Source: Aestuariivita sp. (lineage in GTDB: Bacteria > Pseudomonadota > Alphaproteobacteria > Rhodobacterales > Rhodobacteraceae). Taken from it: a stretch of 64,000 bases of DNA. Under the pieces are notes generated by a model that was not told the origin of the DNA, made no database searches, and saw nothing but the letters and a program-made list of their open reading frames with translations. Below, piece after piece: positions 21,025 to 31,022 of this stretch. The position numbers were made by a program, and so were the translations under genes. Where the stretch lies: the NCBI GenBank assembly GCA_965215385.1, contig OZ244059.1, positions 3,499,004 through 3,563,003 of the forward strand. The letters are read 5' to 3'. Each line of letters starts with the position of its first letter. Within the stretch, counting starts at the first letter, position 1.

Positions 21025-22284
21025 ATGGCAGGCAAACAAAGCAGTGACAATACGCTATTTTGTAGCTTTTGCGGCAAAAGCCAGCACGAGGTTAGGAAAC
21101 TCATTGCTGGACCGACCGTCTACATTTGTGATGAATGTATCGAACTTTGCACCGAGATCATTCAAGAAGAAAATCGCGCTAATAAAAAGAAGTCGAACAG
21201 CGGCGTTCCAAAGCCGATCGACATCTGTGAGGTCCTCGACGATTATGTTATTGGCCAAGACCGTGCAAAGCGCGTGCTTTCGGTCGCGGTTCACAACCAT
21301 TACAAGCGACTAAATGACGAAAAGCAGCGTAGCAATGGTATCGAACTGGCAAAGTCCAATATTTTACTCATCGGACCGACGGGTTGTGGCAAGACTTTGC
21401 TTGCCCAAACGCTCGCACGCATTCTTGATGTCCCTTTTACCATGGCTGATGCGACGACGCTCACCGAGGCGGGCTATGTCGGCGAGGACGTAGAAAACAT
21501 CATCCTCAAGCTCCTGCAGGCGAGCGAATACAACGTTGAAAAAGCGCAGCGTGGCATTGTTTATATTGATGAAGTCGACAAAATTACGCGCAAATCAGAA
21601 AACCCGTCGATCACTCGAGATGTTTCCGGCGAGGGCGTACAACAAGCGTTACTGAAGCTGATTGAAGGCACAGTGGCCTCGGTACCGCCGCAAGGCGGAC
21701 GAAAGCACCCGCAACAGGAGTTCATGCAGGTCGATACCACGAATATCTTGTTCATTTGCGGCGGTGCATTTGCTGGACTCGATCGTATAATTTCGCAGCG
21801 TGGACGCGGGTCATCCCTTGGCTTCGGTGCCAGTATTCTTGATCCAGATGAGCGCAACTCTGGAGAAATCTTCAAGGATATTGAACCCGAAGACTTACTT
21901 AAGTTTGGACTGATTCCCGAATTCGTCGGCCGGTTACCGGTTTTTGCCACCCTAGAAGACTTAGATGAAGCTGCCCTCATCAGCATCTTGATTGAGCCAA
22001 AAAATGCGTTGGTGAAGCAATTTCAGCGTCTTTTTGAACTGGAAGATACGGAATTGGTCTTCACTGACGAAGCCCTTGAAGCGATTGCAAAGCTGGCAAT
22101 CAGGCGAAAGACGGGGGCACGCGGGCTGCGATCCATTATTGAAGATATTTTGCTCGATACGATGTTTGAGTTACCAAGTCTTGAGAATGTCATAAAGGTT
22201 GTGATTAACAAGGAAACTGTAAATTCAGATGCGGGACCGCTGTTGATTTATTCCGACGCTCGGACCGAAGCGAGTGCCAGTTAA
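21025..22284 (+). CDS. clpX: ATP-dependent Clp protease ATP-binding subunit ClpX
   Basis: Zinc ribbon [11 protein letters not shown]...YICDECI, Walker A GPTGCGKT and Walker B VYIDEVDK. 419 aa. Confidence 0.95.
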   Translation: MAGKQSSDNTLFCSFCGKSQHEVRKLIAGPTVYICDECIELCTEIIQEENRANKKKSNSGVPKPIDICEVLDDYVIGQDRAKRVLSVAVHNHYKRLNDEKQRSNGIELAKSNILLIGPTGCGKTLLAQTLARILDVPFTMADATTLTEAGYVGEDVENIILKLLQASEYNVEKAQRGIVYIDEVDKITRKSENPSITRDVSGEGVQQALLKLIEGTVASVPPQGGRKHPQQEFMQVDTTNILFICGGAFAGLDRIISQRGRGSSLGFGASILDPDERNSGEIFKDIEPEDLLKFGLIPEFVGRLPVFATLEDLDEAALISILIEPKNALVKQFQRLFELEDTELVFTDEALEAIAKLAIRRKTGARGLRSIIEDILLDTMFELPSLENVIKVVINKETVNSDAGPLLIYSDARTEASAS

Positions 22285-22331
22285 TTCACTGTTGCTGATG
22301 ATCTCAACCCAGCGACGAGTAGCGTGAGAGT

Positions 22332-22709
22332 ATGACTATTCGACGAATTAAATCTGGTGGATTTTATGAAGATAAGGTCGGCTATTGCCGCGCCGTGGTC
22401 GCTGGTGGATTTATTCATGTCGCTGGCACCACCGCGCAGGGTGAGGATATTCCACCCGATATCGTCGGACAGTGCGAATCGGCCTTGGACGCAATTAGGG
22501 TCGCATTAGAAGCAGCTGGAAGTGGCATGGATCAAGTCGTTCGAGTGACCTATATGCTTGAAAATAGGAAAGAATTCGAACGTCTTTGGCCATTATTGTC
22601 CGAAACCTTCGGTGCCAACCCGCCAGCGTCAACGATGATTGAGTGTGGATTGGTCAATCGCAAATACCGTATTGAGATTGAAGTGACGGCTTTGGCACCA
22701 AAGGCCTGA
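22332..22709 (+). CDS. RidA/YjgF-family protein
   Basis: 125 aa. The overall pattern and the C-terminal ...YRIEIEVTA are typical of the YjgF/UK114 family. Confidence 0.65.
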   Translation: MTIRRIKSGGFYEDKVGYCRAVVAGGFIHVAGTTAQGEDIPPDIVGQCESALDAIRVALEAAGSGMDQVVRVTYMLENRKEFERLWPLLSETFGANPPASTMIECGLVNRKYRIEIEVTALAPKA

Positions 22710-22779
22710 GTGGGCGCATACGACGGTTTAGTCGTTCCAAACGCAATCTCGCAAGTTCAACTGCGCAAGAATAGGTGAC

Positions 22780-23169
22780 ATGACGGTTTTGAACTATATC
22801 AAACGGGCGTTGACGTGGTGGGACAGTCAAACGCTCAACACGCAATTTTACACTTGGCGAAAAGGTGTCAGAGTTGGGAGCGATGCGCAGGGGAATGTGT
22901 ATTATCGCAGCAAAGATGATCGTCATCGTTGGGTAATCTATTGCGGTGAAACCGAGGCTAGCCGCGTGAACCCAGAATGGCATGGCTGGTTGCATCGCAC
23001 TTGGGATACACCGCCAAGTGACCAGCCACTGCCGCGAAAGGATTGGCAAAAGCCGCATGTCGAGAATCGGACGGGGACAGCAAGAGCCTACGCCCCGGCA
23101 GGATCCATCAGAAACGATGCGCCCAAGGTACACAAGGACTACGAAGCGTGGTTGCCAAGTGATCAATAG
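22780..23169 (+). CDS. NADH:ubiquinone oxidoreductase subunit NDUFA12-like protein
   Basis: ...GNVYYRSKDD..RWVIY..., PEWHGWLHRTWDTPP is the B17.2/NDUFA12 signature. Confidence 0.75.
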   Translation: MTVLNYIKRALTWWDSQTLNTQFYTWRKGVRVGSDAQGNVYYRSKDDRHRWVIYCGETEASRVNPEWHGWLHRTWDTPPSDQPLPRKDWQKPHVENRTGTARAYAPAGSIRNDAPKVHKDYEAWLPSDQ

Positions 23170-23175
23170 GCAGAA

Positions 23176-23628
23176 ATGACAAACTATTCAAAGATCGAAG
23201 TTACCGTTGGAGCCGTGGTGATTGCGATTGCCGCTGCTTTCGTGATTTACGCTGGGCAAGTTACCGGTGTGACGAACAGTCGATCAGGTTATGAGTTGAC
23301 CGCAAGTTTTCGGTCCCTTGAGGGCGTATCAGTCGGGACCGATATCCGGCTATCGGGAATCAAAATTGGCTCAGTTAACGAGATCACCCTCAACCCCGAA
23401 AACTATCGCATTGACGCCAAGTTTCGGGTGCAAAGTGGCGTTGACATTCCTGAGGATAGTGCCGCCGTTGTAACTTCGGAAGGTCTCTTCGGCGGCAATT
23501 TCGTTGAAATCGTGCCTGGCGGGTCACTCATGTATCTAGCGGCTGGCGACGAGATACTTGATACGCAAAGCCCAGTCAATTTGCTCAATCTAATGATGCG
23601 TTTTGTCGATAATGACGACTCACCGTAG
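23176..23628 (+). CDS. mlaD: MlaD-like MCE-domain protein
   Basis: N-terminal TM helix (VGAVVIAIAAAFVIYA) followed by an MCE-type domain (...IRLSGIKIGSVNEITL...). Confidence 0.7.
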   Translation: MTNYSKIEVTVGAVVIAIAAAFVIYAGQVTGVTNSRSGYELTASFRSLEGVSVGTDIRLSGIKIGSVNEITLNPENYRIDAKFRVQSGVDIPEDSAAVVTSEGLFGGNFVEIVPGGSLMYLAAGDEILDTQSPVNLLNLMMRFVDNDDSP

Positions 23629-23633
23629 TCCGA

Positions 23634-24074
23634 ATGATTTGGTTCTTCATATTCGTCATTGTGTTCAGTGGGGCTATTGCAAGTTCGGCACAAGAAATTG
23701 TCGTAACCCCGCTACCGCCGACGGCAGTCCCAAATAGCATAAGCAACGACTCACCACCACCACAGATGCCCGAACGAGCACTCGGTTCCAATGGTTCGGG
23801 TGCCGTATTGCGGGCGCTTGATAAGGTGAGTGGTGAAACTGTCGATGTCGTAATTGATGCTAGTCAACAAGCTCAGATCTTTGAGCTACAGGTTGCCCTC
23901 AACCAGTGTCGTTATCCCGCTGACAACGAAGCCGGGGATGCGTTTGCCTATCTCGTTATCCATGATCGAAACGAAGAAAAATTTGCTGGCTGGATGATCG
24001 CGTCCTCGCCAGCACTTAATGCCCTTGACCATGCGCGTTACGATATCTGGGTCTTGCGTTGTACAACGTCGTGA
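23634..24074 (+). CDS. Exported protein, DUF2155-like
   Basis: It has a signal peptide (MIWFFIFVIVFSGAIASSAQ). Its position directly after the mlaD-like gene matches the usual alphaproteobacterial context of DUF2155. Confidence 0.5.
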   Translation: MIWFFIFVIVFSGAIASSAQEIVVTPLPPTAVPNSISNDSPPPQMPERALGSNGSGAVLRALDKVSGETVDVVIDASQQAQIFELQVALNQCRYPADNEAGDAFAYLVIHDRNEEKFAGWMIASSPALNALDHARYDIWVLRCTTS

Positions 24075-24739
24075 GGAGCAGCTATCGGCACTGAGACAAA
24101 ATCTGCTGACCGTCTAATTGCCACTTTCAAAGCCTTAAGGTACTGATCTCGGCTGATCTCAATGCCACCGAGCGAGACGAGATGCGGCGTTAGAAACTGC
24201 GTGTCGAGTAGGACAAAACCACCACCTTCAAGGCGATCAACCAAGTAGGCTAAGGCAATTTTTGAGGCATCTCGACGCTTAGAAAACATGCTTTCGGCAA
24301 AGAAAGCTGCGCCGAGAGCAACTCCATAAATGCCGCCGGAAATCTGTCCATCCTGCCATATTTCGAGCGAATGAGCATATCCGGCCGAATGCAGCTCCTG
24401 ATAGATCTGTTGGAGTTCAGTGCTGATCCAAGTTGTTTCTCGATCGGCACAACCAGCAAGGATTGATCGGAAGTCAGCGTTTACGGTGACGTGGAAGTCC
24501 GCCTTTCTTATGGTGCGCCGCAGTGATCGCGACATCCGAAAGCCGCTGATCGGTATAATCGCTCGTGGGTCGGGGTTATACCATCTTATTCGCGAATTCT
24601 CATCGTTAGCCATTGGGAATAACCCGATAGAGTAGGCGATCAGTAGATTTTCAGGGGAGAGAGTCACGTTTTTTGCTCTAACCAGAACTGATTCATTTAA
24701 AACTGAATCCGAGAGTATGAACTTTTCTCTGCCATTCAC
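24038..24739 (-). CDS. aat: Leucyl/phenylalanyl-tRNA-protein transferase
   Basis: ...GLFPMAN..., GGIYGVALGAAFFAESMFS and LLDTQFLTPHLVSLGG are L/F-transferase motifs. Confidence 0.85.
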   Translation of the reverse strand: MNGREKFILSDSVLNESVLVRAKNVTLSPENLLIAYSIGLFPMANDENSRIRWYNPDPRAIIPISGFRMSRSLRRTIRKADFHVTVNADFRSILAGCADRETTWISTELQQIYQELHSAGYAHSLEIWQDGQISGGIYGVALGAAFFAESMFSKRRDASKIALAYLVDRLEGGGFVLLDTQFLTPHLVSLGGIEISRDQYLKALKVAIRRSADFVSVPIAAPHDVVQRKTQIS

Positions 24740-24942
24740 TCACGTCGTGACAAAAGCATAAACAGTCAGTTGCGCAGCTATTGGATATGAACGACGGTAA
24801 ATCGGCAAGACCGATTCAGTCTTTGCGAAATAATCTGAATTGGTCGCTTTAATATAACGCGTCAAAAAAATTACAATGCGAACACTCGGAAGCTGGTATC
24901 GCGCTTAATTTGGTACGCGGAGCGGCAAATTGATCAGATTGA

Positions 24943-25515
24943 TTGGCGGTTATTGCTAAGCCAGAGTATTCCCAAGCCGAAAAGGTCTATTCGGTTTTTG
25001 CAGAGCATACCCGTTGGATCATGAAGGGCAAAGCTGGTGTCCCAGTTGAACTCGGGGTGCTGGCGAGCGTGATTGCAGACCATCGGAGGTTTGTTTTGAA
25101 CCCTATGATTATGTGGGACGGCAGTGATGTTGACCCTGCAGTTCCGCTCATCGAACCGACACTGGCACGGTTCCCGAACCGCGTCGCGGTGAGCTTTGAC
25201 CGGAGGTACCATAGTCCCGCCAATCGGCACCGGCTGGATGACCTTTTGACGGCCAATACGTTGCCGAAGAACGGGTATCTCTCGAAGATTGAACGCGCTG
25301 GGGAGCAAGAGCCGGCATTTGCCGATCGGCACAAACAGCATTCGGGCATTGAATCGTGCATCAATAGCCTTGAGCATTGGGGGCTCGGTCGGATTTATTC
25401 GTATGGGGATGATGGCTTTTCTCGCATGGTTGGTTTGTCGATTCTCGCGGCGAATATCCATTGCTTTGGCTTGATACTCCGAAGGGCTTCAAAGACCGTG
25501 CCGAGAGCGGCATAG
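24943..25515 (+). pseudogene. ISNCY-family transposase, C-terminal fragment
   Basis: ...KGKAGVPVELGV..., VSFDRRYHS..., LPKNGYLS..., HSGIESCINSLEHWGL... and LSILAANIH match the C-terminal half of ISNCY-type transposases. The N-terminal half is missing. Confidence 0.7.
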
Positions 25516-25869
25516 TCCCCAGCAATTTCCGCATATTCTTTACCCTACTGTCGGCCAACGTCACTGGGGCGTCTGGGCGCATCGGGGTGGTATAAATTCC
25601 GCTACAGTTGATAATATCTCGTGATATCTGGCTTCCAAAATTCTGACTCTGACCTTTATTTCAGCGAATATTTGTGGGACTTCTCGGTAAAGAATTTGCG
25701 GTCCCGCGGAAAATCAGGGGTTTTCGCGCGGACACGAGTTGACATATTGATGCCGACGCAAAAACTCCCTGAGGGCTCAAAAAATTAGGGTGAGGGTTCC
25801 CGCTTTGCCACACTGTCGCCAGGAAATAATGCTGCGGCCTGATCCAAATGCAATGGCAACCCCGCACCG

Positions 25870-28800
25870 TTACCAGCGCACGGTAGCTTTAACGCCGACT
25901 GTTTGCTCTGGCACTTGGGTAGCATCCGCCTCATGGGTCAACTTCAGGTCAAGGTAGAGGTCGGGCGCGGACGTTACTTCCCGGGCAAGTCGCCAACCGA
26001 GGGTTGTAACGCGTGTCTTTGTTCCAAGTCCGACGTCAGCGTATGGGCTGCCGATGAAGCGGCCGTCGGCGATTGGCCAGCCCCAGGCTGCTCCCACAGT
26101 CAAACGGGATTCGGCTTGGCTCCCCCCAGCACGTTCTTGCATCGGGTCAGGCGCAAACAGTGCATCAAGTCCGCCTTGGAACTGTGCGCCTGCGTCGTGG
26201 CGAAGGCTGAAGGACGGCCCGCGTTGAGTGGTCGGGTCGGGGTCAAAAGTGAAGGCGGCGGAGAGTCCGCGATCCTCAAAAGTTTCGTCCTCATGGGCGA
26301 TAAGCGTACGACCTGAGAGATCAAGGGAGAGGCCGAGGCGCGGATGGGACCAGGTAATTCCGCCACCGAATTCAAACCCGAGGCCAGTCTCCGCATCGCC
26401 CCCGTCGCGCCGTGCCCCGGCCGCAAGCGACGGGGTGAGATGACTGTCGCCGTCGAATGTAAGGTGCCAGCGGCTCTCCAAACCGAGACGGAGTCGCGTT
26501 ACCTTGACGTTAGTCGCCGCTAGGTCGAGGCCTCTGTTCGAAGTAGTTTTTGCTCTTAGCGCGTCGGCGATTATCGTCACTGCTGGGACGGAGCCATCAG
26601 CCGACGGTGTCAGGACACTGCCACGCACGCCAGTCGCCGCCATATACCAGTCAATATCGGCGCGATAGCTTCGGTGCGTACTTCTCAGGGTTACGTCACC
26701 TTTACCTTTGCCGAGCGCACCCCAGAACTCTAACTGCTCTGAGATTTGCCAGACTCCGTATGGAACAGCGGCTCTCAGCGAGGCTTCGATGCCACCGTCA
26801 CACCGCATCGGCACACGGTCTGCGACCTGCGGGCAGGTCGAACTGCCCACGCCGAAATAATCACCCTCGGACTTACTCTGCGTTAGTGCAACGCCGACGA
26901 GCCAATCCCCCTGTGCGTAATCCGCCCCGAGCAAGCTAGTGGTAACCTTGCCATCAAGGAGGACACTTTCTCCGCCACCGCGCTCGGTGCCGTCGAAGCG
27001 GTTTTGCGAAGCACGGCCCCAAAAGGCCATCGTACCGCCGGCGGCGTCAGGTTGTCCCGTTAGCGCAAAGCGAGATCCTAGCAGCGCCTCCTGCGCCGTG
27101 AGTATGAGCGAGGGGGACGCGGACGAATCGAACGGGTCGATCGCTCTGACGGGGACGGCAGAATTAAAAGTTAACGGTTGCCCAGCGAGGGCACCCCGAA
27201 AGCCGGGGGTGCGCTCAGCCGCGGTTCGAACGGCGATACCGTCAAGTGTTTGCTCTGCCAGCGTGCGCCCGAAGCGCACGAGGTACGCAGAGGCTAGGGC
27301 CGAGGCATTGTCATCAATCATCGACGGAAGGTCGTCGTCCACCACCTCTACTTCGGATGATATTGTTGCGCCTAGCCGATAGTTAGTGCCGGTGACCACC
27401 GTTACCGATACCAGCCCTGATGGCTCATCGGTGCTATCCGCCACGGTAGCCACCGTGAGGTTCTGTGTACTTTGCCCTGCGGGGATTACGATCATCTGCG
27501 CCCCTTCATTAGCTGGAGCAATGAAGTCGGCACCTTTAGCGTCCGCGACTATATAGTTCACTCTCAGGTTGGTTAACGGTACCGGGTTAACGGTGAGCCT
27601 GAATGTCAGCAATTCACCCTCGGCCAAAGGCCCGGCGGAAGCGGCCGTCACGATCACGCTTGGCGTCTCTCTCGGCTGGGGTTGGTCGTCATTATCGGTC
27701 ACGGTCACTGCCACATCACCTGTAACTGAACCATAGTCGCCACCGCTTGCGCTATGGTTGAGCGTGGTGCTGTCATCGCTGTTATCGTCGTCTTCGCCAG
27801 CGGTAACCGTGACCGTCTGTGCAGTACTCCAGTTGCTCGAATTGAACGTCAGCGTGTTCTGATCGCCGTCGGCGACGCCATCAGTGTCGATTGTCACCTC
27901 ATCGCTTACGCCCGTGACGGTCACAGTGACAATACCCGTCGGCTGGGTGGCCAATGCCACCGTGTAGGTTCCGCTACCACCCTCGTCGATGGTCAGTACA
28001 GTTGGATTAAGAACCAACCCTGGAGTATCATTGTCAGTGACTGTCACTGCCACATCACCTGTAACTGAACCATAGTCGCCACCGCTTGCGCTATGGTTGA
28101 GCGTGGTGCTGTCATCGCTGTTATCGTCGTCTTCGCCAGCGGTAACCGTGACCGTCTGTGCAGTACTCCAGTTGCTCGAATTGAACGTCAGCGTGTTCTG
28201 ATCGCCGTCGGTGAGACCATCAGTGTCGATTGTCACCTCATCGCTTACGCCCGTGACGGTCACAGTGACAATACCCGTCGGCTGGGTGGCCAATGCCACC
28301 GTGTAGGTTCCGCTACCACCCTCGTCGATGGTCAGTACAGTTGGATTAAGAACCAACCCTGGAGTATCATTGTCAGTGACTGTCACTGCCACATCACCTG
28401 TAACTGAACCATAGTCGCCACCGCTTGCGCTATGGTTGAGCGTGGTGCTGTCATCGCTGTTATCGTCGTCTTCGCCAGCGGTAACCGTGACCGTCTGTGC
28501 AGTACTCCAGTTGCTCGAATTGAACGTCAGCGTGTTCTGATCGCCGTCGGTGAGACCATCAGTGTCGATTGTCACCTCATCGCTTACGCCCGTGACCGTC
28601 ACAGTGACAATACCCGTCGGCTGGGTGGCCAATGCCACCGTGTAGGTTCCGCTATCACCTTCAACCACAGTCAGAGCATCGGGTTCGAAGATGAGAGCTG
28701 CCGAAGGAGGTGGAGGAGTTGTGGGCGTCTCAGGGATTGTGGGTGGAGGAGTTGTGGGCGTCTCAGGGGTTGTGGGTGGCGTCGACGGGGCGGTCGGTGT

Positions 28801-30135
28801 TGCCGATACCGCGCTTACGGCACCTAGGACCGTGCCGGCAACGGCGCGAACTTCAAATTCGTAAGTCTGACTGTTGGTTAGGCCAGTGACCGTATGGCTG
28901 GTGGTGGACGCACTAGAACTAATCTGCGTCCAACTCCCCCAACTGCCGCCGGAAATCCTTTGACGTAAATCATATCTCGTGATCGCAGAGTTGCTCGGAT
29001 CGTTCCACGTCAGCACCACCTGGGCGTCACCTGACGAAGCGGACAGATTACTAGGAGCAGCAGGGGCGGTGGGTGACGGGGCGGTCGGTGTTGCCGATAC
29101 CGCGCTTACGGCACCTAGGACCGTGCCGGCAACGGCGCGAACTTCAAATTCGTAAGTCTGACTGTTGGTTAGGCCAGTGACCGTATGGCTGGTGGTGGAC
29201 GCACTAGAACTAATCTGCGTCCAACTCCCCCAACTGCCGCCGGAAATCCTTTGACGTAAATCATATCTCGTGATCGCAGAGTTGCTCGGATCGTTCCACG
29301 TCAGCACCACCTGGGCGTCACCTGACGAAGCGGACAGATTACTAGGAGCAGCAGGGGCGGTGGGTGACGGGGCGGTCGGTGTTGCCGATACCGCGCTTAC
29401 GGCACCTAGGACCGTGCCGGCAACGGCGCGAACTTCAAATTCGTAAGTCTGACTGTTGGTTAGGCCAGTGACCGTATGGCTGGTGGTGGACGCACTAGAA
29501 CTAATCTGCGTCCAACTCCCCCAACTGCCGCCGGAAATCCTTTGACGTAAATCATATCCCGTGATCGCAGAGTTGCTCGGATCGTTCCACGTCAGCACCA
29601 CCTGGGCGTCACCTGACGAAGCGGACAGATTACTAGGAGCAGCAGGGGCGGTGGGATCATCATTATCATTGACAGTCACGGAAAAGGTACCGGGGCTGCC
29701 CCTCTTGTACAAATTTGGTTCGGTTGCTTTGGCGGGTAGTGAGATTGTAAAGAAACCGTTGTCCTCGTCCTCTCGATCGTCATCGGTACTAACCGTTATT
29801 ATGCCAGATTCTGTCTCCATTTCCGCAATTGTTACATAAAAGTTTGTAACATTCTCACCTACGCCCTGTCTTGCTCCTCTGACTGAGAGCCCAAAATCAT
29901 CACTGTCACTGAGCTGAAATCTCACTTCTAGGGAAGCAGGGGCAGTAACGCTTAGTCGAATTTTGAATGCTGCGCATTCACCCTCCGTGATCGGACCCGA
30001 CTTCGGGGGCGTACCGCAGGGAACCCGCTGAAGTGTGACAGAGGGGCGGTTATCATTTTGCGCTTCTACCGGGGACAGAGTAGCCGAGAGCAGCAGGCAT
30101 AAAACGATCAGCGTACAGCCGGTTCGGTACCTCAT
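25870..30135 (-). CDS. Large autotransporter adhesin-like protein (Calx-beta-like, FN3 x3, repeated Ig-like domain x3, C-terminal beta-barrel)
   Basis: The signal peptide MRYRTGCTLIVLCLLLSATLSPVEAQ suggests a start near 30135 inside ORF 25870..30246. It has three 97-aa FN3-type units (...VVLTWNDPSNSAIT.YDLRQR...YEFEVRAV...) and three 113-aa units ending ...VTVTDND. The C-terminal roughly 280 aa are rich in G/S/A/T alternating strands and end ...VKATVRW (autotransporter barrel). Confidence 0.8.
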   Translation of the reverse strand: MRYRTGCTLIVLCLLLSATLSPVEAQNDNRPSVTLQRVPCGTPPKSGPITEGECAAFKIRLSVTAPASLEVRFQLSDSDDFGLSVRGARQGVGENVTNFYVTIAEMETESGIITVSTDDDREDEDNGFFTISLPAKATEPNLYKRGSPGTFSVTVNDNDDPTAPAAPSNLSASSGDAQVVLTWNDPSNSAITGYDLRQRISGGSWGSWTQISSSASTTSHTVTGLTNSQTYEFEVRAVAGTVLGAVSAVSATPTAPSPTAPAAPSNLSASSGDAQVVLTWNDPSNSAITRYDLRQRISGGSWGSWTQISSSASTTSHTVTGLTNSQTYEFEVRAVAGTVLGAVSAVSATPTAPSPTAPAAPSNLSASSGDAQVVLTWNDPSNSAITRYDLRQRISGGSWGSWTQISSSASTTSHTVTGLTNSQTYEFEVRAVAGTVLGAVSAVSATPTAPSTPPTTPETPTTPPPTIPETPTTPPPPSAALIFEPDALTVVEGDSGTYTVALATQPTGIVTVTVTGVSDEVTIDTDGLTDGDQNTLTFNSSNWSTAQTVTVTAGEDDDNSDDSTTLNHSASGGDYGSVTGDVAVTVTDNDTPGLVLNPTVLTIDEGGSGTYTVALATQPTGIVTVTVTGVSDEVTIDTDGLTDGDQNTLTFNSSNWSTAQTVTVTAGEDDDNSDDSTTLNHSASGGDYGSVTGDVAVTVTDNDTPGLVLNPTVLTIDEGGSGTYTVALATQPTGIVTVTVTGVSDEVTIDTDGVADGDQNTLTFNSSNWSTAQTVTVTAGEDDDNSDDSTTLNHSASGGDYGSVTGDVAVTVTDNDDQPQPRETPSVIVTAASAGPLAEGELLTFRLTVNPVPLTNLRVNYIVADAKGADFIAPANEGAQMIVIPAGQSTQNLTVATVADSTDEPSGLVSVTVVTGTNYRLGATISSEVEVVDDDLPSMIDDNASALASAYLVRFGRTLAEQTLDGIAVRTAAERTPGFRGALAGQPLTFNSAVPVRAIDPFDSSASPSLILTAQEALLGSRFALTGQPDAAGGTMAFWGRASQNRFDGTERGGGESVLLDGKVTTSLLGADYAQGDWLVGVALTQSKSEGDYFGVGSSTCPQVADRVPMRCDGGIEASLRAAVPYGVWQISEQLEFWGALGKGKGDVTLRSTHRSYRADIDWYMAATGVRGSVLTPSADGSVPAVTIIADALRAKTTSNRGLDLAATNVKVTRLRLGLESRWHLTFDGDSHLTPSLAAGARRDGGDAETGLGFEFGGGITWSHPRLGLSLDLSGRTLIAHEDETFEDRGLSAAFTFDPDPTTQRGPSFSLRHDAGAQFQGGLDALFAPDPMQERAGGSQAESRLTVGAAWGWPIADGRFIGSPYADVGLGTKTRVTTLGWRLAREVTSAPDLYLDLKLTHEADATQVPEQTVGVKATVRW
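27690..28680 (-). repeat. 339-bp tandem repeat, about 2.9 units, inside the autotransporter
   Basis: Shadow ORFs restart at 27754, 28093 and 28432, exactly 339 bp apart, with almost identical sequence. Only a few substitutions are visible between units. Confidence 0.9.
28780..29660 (-). repeat. 291-bp tandem repeat x3 (FN3 units) inside the autotransporter
   Basis: GGTGTTGCCGATACC recurs at 28796, 29087 and 29378, a 291-bp period (97 codons). The units are nearly identical. Confidence 0.9.
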
Positions 30136-30581
30136 AGTGAAGTTCCAAATTCCAGAAAGAGTCTTAGAAATAGTCATGAAAAACCGGGGCGCACAAAAAA
30201 GTTCCCTAGTAGTATTCGTTGAGTTAAAAATATTCTTCAATGTCATTTTTCCTTTCTAGGCCTGTCGGACGTTCAAAAAAAAGTTTTGCTAGTCGTTAAA
30301 ATTATGTGAGGCCTATGTCAAGTGATTAGGGAGCCACGGGTGTGGTTCTCATATGGTGTCGGCCGAATTTTTGAAGCCGTTGATATGACTAGATAATTTT
30401 AGATCGGATTTCACGGCTCGCGCCGATTTCGCCGGCTTTCGCGAAACGTTACCCGGTCGCGCCAAATTTTTCCCGATTCGGCGGTTTTAGCCAAGACTAT
30501 TTGCTGTTGTGGCGGGTGTGGTAGCGTGCGCCAAAATTCACCCCAAACGTCTTTGATCAAAGACGAGAAAGGAGCACTCTG

Positions 30582-31022
30582 ATGTCGATCATGCCACACG
30601 CAACCGATCTTGCCAAGTCAAAAACGCCACTGGACGGCGACCCGTCACCCGAGCAACGCCTGGTGGCAGCGGGTCACAAGTTTGTCGAGCTGGCCGAAGA
30701 CGTTGGTCTATCCGCCGATATCGCGGCACTGTTTCGACAGGACCCCCTCGCCGCCGAACCCGCGGTTCGCGATCTGATGTTTGGCGTCGCTCGTGCGGTG
30801 CTGCAGCCGGCGTTTGCGGCTGTTGACGACCACGGGCCGTCGCTGACGGTCGACGGGAAATCGTCTCACCGAGTAGCGGTCACGCGTGGCGAGGCGATGA
30901 CGATGTTGGGACCGGTCGAGTTTGAGCGGTCACGTTATCGCCGGTCGGGCAACGGTGCGGCGATCATTCCGGCCGACAGTACCCGCGGACTGACGACCGG
31001 TGGCATGACGCCGGTGGTATGA
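30582..31022 (+). CDS. ISKra4-like transposase, orfA part (copy 2)
   Basis: 146 aa, homologous to 4691..5092 with an extra ALFRQDPLAAEP segment. It has the same ATGA overlap with orfB. Confidence 0.6.
   Translation: MSIMPHATDLAKSKTPLDGDPSPEQRLVAAGHKFVELAEDVGLSADIAALFRQDPLAAEPAVRDLMFGVARAVLQPAFAAVDDHGPSLTVDGKSSHRVAVTRGEAMTMLGPVEFERSRYRRSGNGAAIIPADSTRGLTTGGMTPVV

Noticed and set aside
27754-28827. Three almost identical plus-strand ORFs (104, 104 and 131 aa, starting MVERGAVIAVIVVFASGNRD...) that look like a repeated small-gene family.
   Set aside because: They lie antisense to the autotransporter gene and recur at exactly the 339-bp repeat period. They are shadow ORFs of the repeat, and the coding signal (domain motifs, signal peptide, barrel) is on the minus strand.
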